Virus record (IMG/VR): IMGVR_UViG_3300025635_000008
Location: 1-38,967 of that record
From: a virus
Taxonomy: Duplodnaviria > Caudoviricetes
Strand: one strand, 5' to 3'
Length of the DNA stretch: 38,967 bases
Positions 8,369 to 16,675 of this stretch are shown here, one piece after another (position 1 is the first letter of the stretch; each line of letters begins with the position of its first letter). Below the pieces are notes generated by a model. The model saw only the letters and a list, made by a program, of their open reading frames with translations. It searched no databases and had not been told where the DNA came from. The position numbers and the translations under genes were made by a program.

Positions 8369-8605
8369 GTGAACAAAACCGATAGTTTTTTAGGTGTAAT
8401 TCAATTCCGAGGGAATCAGATAACATTGAAAGAGATTATGGACTTAGAAGATTATCGCGTCGAATATCGAAGGATGTTTACAGAATTAAGGAAAAGAGGG
8501 TACACGGTGGACTGTCAGCGTGACAGTAAGTATCCATCGAATAATCGTTATATACTAAAATCGCCGATAGTATACGAGGCTAATGGGCAAGGGGTGATGA
8601 TCTAA
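8369..8605 (+). CDS. Small winged-HTH-like protein
   Basis: ITLKEI...RRMFTELRKRGYTV...RYIL pattern. Confidence 0.5.
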   Translation: MNKTDSFLGVIQFRGNQITLKEIMDLEDYRVEYRRMFTELRKRGYTVDCQRDSKYPSNNRYILKSPIVYEANGQGVMI

Positions 8606-8889
8606 TGGCCTTTCATTTCATCTGCGCCAACCATGACCGAGAGTATCTTGCAAAGCGTTCTATCGTTAAAAATGCACAAGGTGAGATAATCTCCGATAAT
8701 GACCCGATGGCGCAAAGAACCTGTTGCCATTGCTTGCCGAGCGATGATTGCGGAGATAAGCGATCCAGAATCGAGGATGATCTTAAAAAGGTTAAATATG
8801 AGCAAGGACAAATTACCGAGATGATGAAGAAGCGATATCCTGAACTTTACGGAATCGGACAACAGGAATTAGGATTGGAGGAGAAATGA
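8605..8889 (+). CDS. Hypothetical Cys/His-containing protein
   Basis: Translationally coupled on both sides. Confidence 0.6.
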   Translation: MAFHFICANHDREYLAKRSIVKNAQGEIISDNDPMAQRTCCHCLPSDDCGDKRSRIEDDLKKVKYEQGQITEMMKKRYPELYGIGQQELGLEEK

Positions 8890-9326
8890 AGAAATCTCGC
8901 AAATTGAGTCTTTGGAAAGCCGATGCTTGGAAACTATGCTCTGAATATATCCGTCGTAAGTATTCTAATCCTGATGGCTTTGCAAGTTGCGTTTGCTGTG
9001 GAGTATCAAAACATTGGAAGAAATTACAGGCAGGGCATCTTGTCCCTTCGAGGCGGTTAGGAATACTTTTTGATGAGCGAGGCATTTTCCCGTGCTGTTA
9101 TGGGTGCAATATAATGAAGGGTGGGAACATCCACGAATATGTGGCCTATATGCGCACAGAGTTTGGCAAAGAATATACCGATAATTTGATCGAGGAATTA
9201 AGACACAATGCCAAACAGGTGGTGAAATTCACAGTAGAGGACTATAAGAAATTGATAGAAGAGTATGAGCGTAAAATACAAGAGGAAATTATTGATCGTG
9301 AGGTTATAGAATTATTACCTGCATAA
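8886..9326 (+). CDS. ninG: NinG/Rap-family recombination endonuclease
   Basis: SEYIRR, CVCCG, LQAGHLV, FDERGIFPCCYGCN. Confidence 0.85.
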   Translation: MKKSRKLSLWKADAWKLCSEYIRRKYSNPDGFASCVCCGVSKHWKKLQAGHLVPSRRLGILFDERGIFPCCYGCNIMKGGNIHEYVAYMRTEFGKEYTDNLIEELRHNAKQVVKFTVEDYKKLIEEYERKIQEEIIDREVIELLPA

Positions 9327-9331
9327 AGTGT

Positions 9332-9517
9332 TTGAAGGACTTGATAATGTGTCAATGCGAATTAGACGAAAACACAAAGTTATTGCGCTATAAGCTGGAG
9401 AAAGCTGATAATACGCTAATAGAAATTTATCACTTTCTGATGAACATTAAAGACAGGAAAGGTTTACATGATTTGCGTCAAAAGGTATTCAATACTATTG
9501 AGGACATACGGAAATGA
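9332..9517 (+). CDS. Hypothetical protein
   Basis: In-operon ORF. Confidence 0.5.
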   Translation: MKDLIMCQCELDENTKLLRYKLEKADNTLIEIYHFLMNIKDRKGLHDLRQKVFNTIEDIRK

Positions 9518-9749
9518 TAACCAAGGGCTACGTTTATGAATCACGCTATGCCAATGAAAGATGCACGGTGGTTTATAAATCAATTCAGGAACTTAGATTG
9601 AATTGCGGAGAAATTCCTGAAAAAGAGATTGTTGAAGTCGATATTGTAAAAATTTGTCATGACAAGACGACAAGGCGCGTCCGCTAGCTACGGTGTAATA
9701 GGTTGGATCCATGCCAATCCGCGCACAATATTAAAAGGATGGTGAACGT

Positions 9750-9968
9750 ATGACGAGAATGCAAGCGTACTTACTTACTAGGATGGACTATGTGCAGGGA
9801 TTTTTTATTACTACCGGAATTGCTGTATTTACAATAGGCACATTTATTTACATTGCTCCGAAGATTGCAAACTCTCAATTCATTAAAGAAATTCCCGAAG
9901 ATATGCAGGAGATTAAAAATCTGGCTATGAGCTATGTGCGTGATAGCTTGTCGAAGGAAAAAAAGTAA
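9750..9968 (+). CDS. Small membrane protein
   Basis: SD and one TM segment. Confidence 0.55.
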   Translation: MTRMQAYLLTRMDYVQGFFITTGIAVFTIGTFIYIAPKIANSQFIKEIPEDMQEIKNLAMSYVRDSLSKEKK

Positions 9969-9969
9969 A

Positions 9970-10155
9970 GTAAGTTTTCAGGGCATGAGGGTATGGATTG
10001 ATGTCCATGTTAAAAGACCGAAAGCCAAGTGCCGTAAAATCGATTTTTACGGTTTGTTGCCATGTTTCAAGAGGCCGGATGTAGATAATTTTGCAAAAAG
10101 CGTGATGGATGCGCTGACTGGTATTGCTTGGGGTGATGATGGCTATGGCTATTAA
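9970..10155 (+). pseudogene. RusA resolvase internal fragment
   Basis: KRPDVDNFAKSVMDALTGIAWGDD is present but both the N- and C-terminal parts are missing. Confidence 0.75.
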
Positions 10156-10168
10156 AAAAATGATTTAC

Positions 10169-10328
10169 GAAGTGGTGGCGGTGTTTATCTCTGTGGACGG
10201 ACTGGCTTATGAATGCTCATGTTAAGCGGACGACGACTAATCGAACGTGTCAAATGAGACTAGTGATAGAGCCACACAGAGGTAGTTGGCGGGCCCTAGT
10301 AAGGTTCGTCACCATCGTCCACCACTTC
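10169..10328 (+). ncRNA. Candidate structured intergenic RNA
   Basis: Perfect 10-bp closing stem gaagtggtgg/ccaccacttc, nested stems atctctgtg/cacagaggt and ctcat/atgag, and a 3' hairpin. Confidence 0.55.
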
Positions 10329-10351
10329 AACTTTGAAGGATCGGAGGGAAT

Positions 10352-10759
10352 ATGAGTGAATTGCATAGGTTAATTAAAATAAAACACTCTGATGACGGAG
10401 AAGACTGGGTTGGAGAATGTAGCTGTGGGGAATGGCGGAGATGTTACCCACGAAGATGTTTTGTCATAAGCGCATATAAAGAACAACACGGAGGTGTATA
10501 CCCATTTCCGCGATCCAAGTTGCCAATTTCTAAAACCAAATCTCTCACCGCCCGCGTGAAGGAGCTGGAAGAGGCTCTATGCGCGCTCTATCGTAGAAAT
10601 AAAATTATGCGTGAAGGTCCCCGTAGATGGGAATGGACAGACCATGCTTGCCGATTATGCCCTGAGGCAACAATGATAAAGGATAATTCCCTATGTGAAT
10701 TTCATTCAGCGGAACAAGCCCTCGCGCCAGTAGAAAGAGAAAAAGGGAGGATGGGATAA
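10352..10759 (+). CDS. Hypothetical Cys-rich protein
   Basis: GGAGG SD; CSCG and CRLC motifs. Confidence 0.65.
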   Translation: MSELHRLIKIKHSDDGEDWVGECSCGEWRRCYPRRCFVISAYKEQHGGVYPFPRSKLPISKTKSLTARVKELEEALCALYRRNKIMREGPRRWEWTDHACRLCPEATMIKDNSLCEFHSAEQALAPVEREKGRMG

Positions 10760-11049
10760 TGCTTGATGCAAATATTACACAGTTGACTTGCAGAGTACAT
10801 CCTGGGAACAGGGTTGATATATGGGCGTGTGATTGTGGTTATAAAAAAGAAATCGACCGCCTCGAAGCTGAGAATGTGCGGTATTTATCTATCTTGAAAA
10901 CTGCATTAAATCAGGTTAATGCCGAAGGAAAGTTTACAGGTTGGGCAGATCAGGCGGCTGTGGAAGATCATTATTATAGACAGATGAAAGCAATCCGTAA
11001 CATACTTAACGAAGCCCTCGCGCCCGCCAAGGATGAGGGGAAGGTATGA
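10759..11049 (+). CDS. Hypothetical protein
   Basis: TAATG coupling with the upstream gene. Confidence 0.65.
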   Translation: MLDANITQLTCRVHPGNRVDIWACDCGYKKEIDRLEAENVRYLSILKTALNQVNAEGKFTGWADQAAVEDHYYRQMKAIRNILNEALAPAKDEGKV

Positions 11050-11113
11050 TTACTTGCGAACATTGCTTTTGTCAGACTGTCTTTGTGGGTGCAGATAAAG
11101 TTCCTCACGATCA

Positions 11114-11320
11114 ATGTTGCATGTGCGAAACTCGTCGAGTGAGACGCGGAGGGAAGCCCTGATGGCTCGGAGAGTGTGTAGATGTTCGCATCCAAGATCG
11201 GAACACTATTTTATAAAAGGCGATAGTGGATGTAGTCATTGTGACGAGATAGACACCATGTACGATACCGGAGTCTGCTTAAAATACGAACCCATCCCAA
11301 AGCGGAGGAGAGTGAAATGA
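11114..11320 (+). CDS. Small Cys/His-rich protein (true start probably 11162)
   Basis: CRCSHPRSEH...CSHC...C. Confidence 0.55.
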   Translation: MLHVRNSSSETRREALMARRVCRCSHPRSEHYFIKGDSGCSHCDEIDTMYDTGVCLKYEPIPKRRRVK

Positions 11321-11592
11321 GCCATTGCAAGCACCTTAATTTAACCAATGCGAATTGTATCGAGTGTGTCCATGCGGAAAAAATCGCCTTTCTCAAATTC
11401 GAGCTTGCAGAGGCGCGGCGGCTCTTGGATGAGGCAAAGACTGTTCTAAAAAATGCTTGTGATAGAAATTGGGAAGACGAAGATTTTATGCAAGTCGTTA
11501 CAATAACGGCGAATGGGTTATATTGGGCACACAAAACAATTGAAGAATTGCAATCCAAGCTCCGCGCCGATCGGGAGGGGATGAAGTCATGA
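11317..11592 (+). CDS. Hypothetical protein
   Basis: ATGA coupling and SD. Confidence 0.65.
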   Translation: MSHCKHLNLTNANCIECVHAEKIAFLKFELAEARRLLDEAKTVLKNACDRNWEDEDFMQVVTITANGLYWAHKTIEELQSKLRADREGMKS

Positions 11593-11813
11593 AACTTAGA
11601 ACTCGGTGCGCTATCTGCCACGATGAGATTGAATCAACTCACAGGCATCACATGGATATTTGCAAGTGCGGACATTCATTCGTAGATGGCGGGAACGATT
11701 ATTTGAGAGCAGGCGGGGACATTGAAATATTCAAAGATGGCCGATGGGTGAACAGTCTCAAAGAAGATCAAAGCAAAAAGGAAGTCGAGGATAGAGGATT
11801 GATGACATTATGA
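11589..11813 (+). CDS. Conserved phage Zn-binding protein
   Basis: RCAICHDEIESTHRH...CKCG...VDGGNDYLR, a common phage family pattern. Confidence 0.7.
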   Translation: MKLRTRCAICHDEIESTHRHHMDICKCGHSFVDGGNDYLRAGGDIEIFKDGRWVNSLKEDQSKKEVEDRGLMTL

Positions 11814-11819
11814 CAAACT

Positions 11820-11945
11820 GGCGGCTTCATGCGAAAAACGTACAGCGAACCGGTGACGAAGCGTCGGACTATAAATCCGCCGTGTCCGTCGGTAAATCCG
11901 AATCATGGGGAAGAGACGCGGATTAAAGGCTTCCCTGCCGCCGCC
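11820..11945 (+). ncRNA. Candidate structured intergenic RNA with a kissing loop
   Basis: Closing stem ggcggc/gccgcc; hairpins cggac/gtccg and gggaag/cttccc whose loops aatccgc and gcggatt are complementary. Confidence 0.55.
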
Positions 11946-11958
11946 ACCCACAATTTGA

Positions 11959-12087
11959 GGAGGATGCGGATTCAATGTTTCCGCTTCATACATTGATGAT
12001 GGTGGTGGTGATTGCGCTCCAGAAATTGTTGAGAATATTTATGAAGTCATCGGCAACATTTACGAGAACCCAGAGCTAAGGAGATAA
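11959..12087 (+). pseudogene. YopX-family C-terminal remnant
   Basis: Frame reads ...YEVIGNIYENPELRR* but begins right after an in-frame TGA with no start codon. Confidence 0.7.
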
Positions 12088-12216
12088 ACAATGTGTTCAT
12101 GTTGGAATGAGAAAAATCACGATGATGGAAAATGCGAGTGTCCGTGTCATATCCCCAAGAGTCAAACTTTATAGGTTGGCTCCATGTCGATCCGCTGGAA
12201 GCGAAAGGAGAACAGT

Positions 12217-12435
12217 ATGGATATAAAAGCAATAAAATCACAAGCTGAAAAAGAAATAGAGGAGGACTTGATGACTAAGACGAAGAGGTATTTTGCATGG
12301 GTTGCTTTCAAAAGAGGGAGACCAATTGGAGGATTTTGGCCTAGTAAGAAATCTATCTATAACGATGGATGGGAAGGCAGGGATGCAAGATTTTGCGAAA
12401 TAATTGAGCGCAACCCAAGGAGAATTTCAAAATGA
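12217..12435 (+). CDS. Hypothetical protein, possibly chimeric
   Basis: AAGGAG SD; a second SD plus ATG lies inside the ORF at about 12271. Confidence 0.55.
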   Translation: MDIKAIKSQAEKEIEEDLMTKTKRYFAWVAFKRGRPIGGFWPSKKSIYNDGWEGRDARFCEIIERNPRRISK

Positions 12436-12749
12436 TCGACGAGAAAAAAGATTGTGAGTATAAAATAGTTGAATGTGCAATACCAGGACAATCTTTATTT
12501 GTAGAAAATAATTCTTCTAGAAAGTTTTCAACATTCTCTGTGCAAATGGAAACTTGGAGGGCTAATGATTTGGCAAATCTAAAATCGGATAATATTCGGC
12601 TGAGAGCGGCTTTGGAGAAGTATGGGCAACATATTACAGACGGATTGCCTTTTTTTGTAACCGGACATACAGACGGAGCTTGTCCTGCGAGTGTGAATCG
12701 TGGCGATTGTGTCTGTGGATTTAACAAAGCCCCTCGCGGAAGGGAATGA
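12432..12749 (+). CDS. Hypothetical protein
   Basis: ATGA coupling; C-terminal H..C....CxCG. Confidence 0.6.
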   Translation: MIDEKKDCEYKIVECAIPGQSLFVENNSSRKFSTFSVQMETWRANDLANLKSDNIRLRAALEKYGQHITDGLPFFVTGHTDGACPASVNRGDCVCGFNKAPRGRE

Positions 12750-12985
12750 AAATTAAATCCGCAGTTCTGATCCTTCTTTTCTTTTCGGGTATTGTGTTGG
12801 CATCGCCCAAAAGAGATACCCCGATTATCGCTGAAATTACATGGATAGCCACCTATAACGAAACTTTACTGAGCCGAGATATGGAAGGGGACTTCGATGT
12901 CCATCTATCAACTTCGTTAATATTTATGGCCTATTATCGTTTATCCCCTAAAAATATGCCCCTGAACAGGAAGGGGGCGAAGTGA
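12746..12985 (+). CDS. Small secreted hypothetical protein
   Basis: Signal peptide MKIKSAVLILLFFSGIVLA. Confidence 0.55.
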   Translation: MKIKSAVLILLFFSGIVLASPKRDTPIIAEITWIATYNETLLSRDMEGDFDVHLSTSLIFMAYYRLSPKNMPLNRKGAK

Positions 12986-13380
12986 GGGGCGGTGATAATC
13001 GAATGATTGTGTTTGAGCTTAAAGGACAAATTCGAGGTGGTAAAAACCACGTGCAGATCACGCGCACCGGGCACAGATACCCAAATCCAGCGTTTGTGGA
13101 ATGGAGGGACGGCGCGATTGCACAGATCAGACAACAACACGTTTTTAACCATTATGGGGTGGATCGAACAATTAAAACTCCTGCTCACGTAACCGTTCGG
13201 TATTGGTCTGGCGATAAGCGTCGGCGCGACGTGCCCGCTATGATTGACGCGCTTTGGCACGTTCTTGAGCGTGGCGGATTCGTGGAGGATGATGCTCTCC
13301 TCGAGAATGTATTTTGGACACACATGGGTTATGACAAAACAAACCCGCGAATACAGGTTGTGATGGAGGTTCTCGCGTGA
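12982..13380 (+). CDS. rusA: RusA-like Holliday junction resolvase
   Basis: GGKN, RRRDVPAMIDAL, VEDD and DKTNPRIQV motifs. Confidence 0.8.
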   Translation: MRGGDNRMIVFELKGQIRGGKNHVQITRTGHRYPNPAFVEWRDGAIAQIRQQHVFNHYGVDRTIKTPAHVTVRYWSGDKRRRDVPAMIDALWHVLERGGFVEDDALLENVFWTHMGYDKTNPRIQVVMEVLA

Positions 13381-14711
13381 ACATTGCATTTATCAACCCA
13401 CCAGGAAATCGTTTCCTTTATCGAGGAACAATCTGCACTTACATATCCAAATCCCGATACGTGTGGAAGCCGAAGGACTTCATCCTACTGTCGAGCATGG
13501 TGCCGCCTGATTGGAAAATTCATTTTCTCGATTCGAGCATAAACGGCAAGTCTGCTGAATATTCCCTCGAATGGATTAAGGATAAATCGCCTGACATAAT
13601 CGTTATGGCAGCGTCGTCAATTTCATGGGAGGATGACAGCAATTTTCTAATCAAACTTCGCCAAGAATTCCCTCTCAAAACAATTTACACGTTCGGAGAA
13701 GTTTACTTTGAACCGAAAGCGGCGGAATTTGCCACGAAATATGTGGACGCAATTATTCGGGACCCGCTCCGTTTTGATTTTACGACAGGGAAAAGTACTC
13801 ATATTTCTGGAAAAAAGGACACGAAACAAATCCGCACACAATATCCGAGACATTGGCTTTTTAATAACTGGAAATACCGCTGGCCTTTTATTCGGCATTT
13901 CAAATTTGCGAGCGTTTACACTCAATTTGGATGTCCTTTCTCCTGTTCGTACTGCACAGAATCTTTAACTAATGTCACCTATAGGCCCGCCGTGGATGTC
14001 CTGAGCGAAATGAGAATATTAAAAGAATCAGGATACAAAGAAATACTTATTGGAGATGCAACATTCGGAACTCCAAGAGACAACGCAATCGAAATCCTTC
14101 AAGGTATGATTGAGGAAAGATTTAATTTCTCGTGGTCAAGTTACACGCACCCGTCTGTTATGACGGAGGAGATGATGGACATGTCCGCAAGATCGGGATG
14201 TCATACATTCGTGATCGGTATAGACTCGGCTGACACTAATATGCTCTCAACTTACGGGCGATATGTCTCAAGGCCCGTAATTGAGAATTTCATTCGTGAG
14301 GCCCATCGGCGTGGGATATCGGTTTGCGGGGACTTCATCATCGGATTTAATGGTGAAAGTGAGAAATCCTGCAAGGAAACAATTCAAATGGCGTTAGACA
14401 TCGGCGTTGATTATGCATCGTTCAATATTGCAACTCCATTGTTGGGATCATCACTTAGGCAAGAGGGTACGGAGCTGGGCTTTGACACGGCAGGCAATAA
14501 TGTCATGGGCACGGATACTATGTCGCCGGCGACCTTAGTGGGCCTCCGTAACCACGCGGTGCGTCGATTCTATCTCCGTCCGTCCTACATTTGGAAGCGG
14601 ATGACTGGTATAAAAACTTGGCAACAACTTCTTTTGCAGGCGAATGAGGGACTTGGCGTGGGCATAAATCTATTAAAGGCGAGGCGTAAGCTGACGGACG
14701 GGCATCTGTGA
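13377..14711 (+). CDS. Cobalamin (B12)-binding radical SAM enzyme
   Basis: N-terminal FINPP B12-binding-type domain; GCPFSCSYC (CxxxCxxC); GDATF, GIDS, DFIIG, ATPLLGS; RRFYLRP. Confidence 0.9.
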   Translation: MNIAFINPPGNRFLYRGTICTYISKSRYVWKPKDFILLSSMVPPDWKIHFLDSSINGKSAEYSLEWIKDKSPDIIVMAASSISWEDDSNFLIKLRQEFPLKTIYTFGEVYFEPKAAEFATKYVDAIIRDPLRFDFTTGKSTHISGKKDTKQIRTQYPRHWLFNNWKYRWPFIRHFKFASVYTQFGCPFSCSYCTESLTNVTYRPAVDVLSEMRILKESGYKEILIGDATFGTPRDNAIEILQGMIEERFNFSWSSYTHPSVMTEEMMDMSARSGCHTFVIGIDSADTNMLSTYGRYVSRPVIENFIREAHRRGISVCGDFIIGFNGESEKSCKETIQMALDIGVDYASFNIATPLLGSSLRQEGTELGFDTAGNNVMGTDTMSPATLVGLRNHAVRRFYLRPSYIWKRMTGIKTWQQLLLQANEGLGVGINLLKARRKLTDGHL

Positions 14712-16342
14712 AAAAAGCGTTTTTAGTTATTGGCTTGGCGGTAACTCTTTTCGCTTTCCATTCATTCGAGTATTTCTACGCGGATTATTTGAGAGCACAA
14801 GCCAAGTCAAACGGCGGAACAACATGGACGGAGACTGTTACAAATGGGCAGACGACCTTCGCAGTACCGTGGCTATCAAACATTGATTACATAACCAAGA
14901 TCAACGCAATCAGGCAGACAGGCGTTCCAGGGGACCCTTATTCTGGTGACACTCGATTAAAATCATGGCTTCTGGACTCTGCGATGCACTATATCATTTA
15001 TGGTTGGTGCAGATTATTTAAGCGGCTGGACATCGGATTTACTTTCTTTGCTTTCCTCTGCCCGTCTCTATGGTTCATCTGGGCGATGCTTTATTTTCGG
15101 AAATTGTTGCCTGAATCGGACTTCTGGGAAAGGGTGTTTTATTCCCTGCTCATGTCTGAATTTCTGCAAGCGTTCATCGCTCTATCTGGCGGGTTCAGCG
15201 TTGGCAAGGCACTTTATCATGCAATCAATTTCGGCGTCATGTACCGTGGCGCGGTTTCATGTCTACCGTCGCCTCTATTTTCGTCCCTCTTTGCCGTGGC
15301 TTGGTGGGGATGGTTTTCTTTGTCGAGGGGAAAGTCAATTCTGACAAACATTCTTCTGGGTTTATGTGCCGGCCTCATGCCGTTAGTTCATCCTCCGGAA
15401 TATATTTTCTGCCTCGGAGTGATCGGGATGACATATATTTTGTCCGCCGAAAATAGGGCAAGGACTATGATTATTCTATGTTTGGCTCTCGTTGTCGGTA
15501 TCATATGCCTATCTTTTGGCGGAACTTTTGACAGAGCAGAGAAAATGCAGTCGATTGCGACACAAGGCCGATGGGCCACGATCCCGTATCTCGTTGCGGG
15601 AGTGGTTTGCATCTGGAGGTCTGCCAAAGCGGACAAGCTATTTTGGTCTGCCGTCGGATCAACTCTGATTATGGTCGCAATTGCGGTGAACCTTGATCTT
15701 GTCATAAATGTCCCTCTCGAAATGTCCGTGTTGGAGAGGTTCCTCAAGCCCGTCATCCTCATCGCTTTAATAAAGCTGGCGCATGATTATGTTGGACCGC
15801 AGATCAGAGCCGTGGCCCGTGTCGCTGTCGGTGTCATGCTTTGCGTGGTCTTTTTCAATGCCAAATCCTCCGCCGAAAAGCATTATCTTTTTGCTGGGCT
15901 ACCAATTGAGTGGGAAGAACATATAGACTGGCTGAATAATAAAACCGACAAAGGATCAATCGTTTTAACTATGAGCCCATTGCTAAGCAAACTAATAGCT
16001 ACTCATACCCATAACCGCCAAATCATCGGAGATGGACATCCGACTATCGGATCAACGCCGAGAGATGAAAACTTAAAAAATACTGGTATTTTGGCGAATA
16101 CTTTAGGCATTGGCGAGGAGGAGTTCGTCTGGAGATATTATACGCCGACTAATGGCGATCTGAACAAAAACCTATATTACAATCAGGGCGACATTTCGGA
16201 ATTTATGTTCTGCCTGGACGGTTTTGTAAATGTTAGCCAATATCCACGTCAGCCATTTCTTGATCCGATATTGAAGTCTATGCGTGAAAATAAAAAGTTT
16301 TCAAAAAACTATACGGTTTGGATGTCTCCTGAAAACAATTAA
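14708..16342 (+). CDS. Polytopic membrane protein, possibly a GT-C-fold glycosyltransferase
   Basis: About 11-13 hydrophobic segments, a first extracytoplasmic loop with DY..K and GDPY, and a C-terminal WLNNKTDKGSIVLT soluble domain. Confidence 0.6.
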   Translation: MKKAFLVIGLAVTLFAFHSFEYFYADYLRAQAKSNGGTTWTETVTNGQTTFAVPWLSNIDYITKINAIRQTGVPGDPYSGDTRLKSWLLDSAMHYIIYGWCRLFKRLDIGFTFFAFLCPSLWFIWAMLYFRKLLPESDFWERVFYSLLMSEFLQAFIALSGGFSVGKALYHAINFGVMYRGAVSCLPSPLFSSLFAVAWWGWFSLSRGKSILTNILLGLCAGLMPLVHPPEYIFCLGVIGMTYILSAENRARTMIILCLALVVGIICLSFGGTFDRAEKMQSIATQGRWATIPYLVAGVVCIWRSAKADKLFWSAVGSTLIMVAIAVNLDLVINVPLEMSVLERFLKPVILIALIKLAHDYVGPQIRAVARVAVGVMLCVVFFNAKSSAEKHYLFAGLPIEWEEHIDWLNNKTDKGSIVLTMSPLLSKLIATHTHNRQIIGDGHPTIGSTPRDENLKNTGILANTLGIGEEEFVWRYYTPTNGDLNKNLYYNQGDISEFMFCLDGFVNVSQYPRQPFLDPILKSMRENKKFSKNYTVWMSPENN

Positions 16343-16673
16343 AGGCATTCTAATCATTTTTCCCTTAACCATTTTGTCGGTTCCGCCGATATGGTCCGCC
16401 GTCCGCCCTTATATCGGGCTGGGCATGGGGCGGGTCAATGAAACCCAAGAAGTCTATCAAGCAAGCCCACAGATTGCAATCGCCCGCGCTAGAATGGGCC
16501 GTATAAGGCCCCATGACCTTCGGCATACTTGGGCCTCGGCTTACCTCAAATCCGGCGGAACCTTGGCCGATTTAAGGGTTCTTGGCGGGTGGGGAACGCT
16601 TTCAATGGTTCAAAGGTATGCTCACTTCCAGCCCCACTATCTTGCGGAAAGAATGATCCGAGTACGGCTATGA
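16284..16673 (+). pseudogene. In-frame fusion of an OMP N-terminus to a tyrosine integrase C-terminus
   Basis: RPYIGLGMGRVNETQEVYQASPQIA joined to RPHDLRHTWAS...LGGW...MVQRYAH; the first catalytic Arg/Lys and the DNA-binding domains are absent. Confidence 0.85.
16403..16477 (+). repeat. Diverged copy of 4751-4825 (5' part of the OMP gene)
   Basis: 61/75 identical by manual alignment; differences are mostly synonymous. Confidence 0.9.
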
Positions 16674-16675
16674 TT

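Noticed and set aside
10172-10181. GTGGTGGCGG as a Chi-like site
   Set aside because: The few copies are explained by hairpin arms and do not match GCTGGTGG
11820-11950. tRNA or tmRNA at the ggcggc...gccgcca element
   Set aside because: It lacks a TTCRA T-loop, an anticodon arm and a proper CCA end, so it is kept only as an unknown ncRNA candidate
4751-16477. OMP repeat pair as a diversity-generating retroelement TR/VR
   Set aside because: The differences are not adenine-specific and are mostly synonymous, and no reverse transcriptase is present
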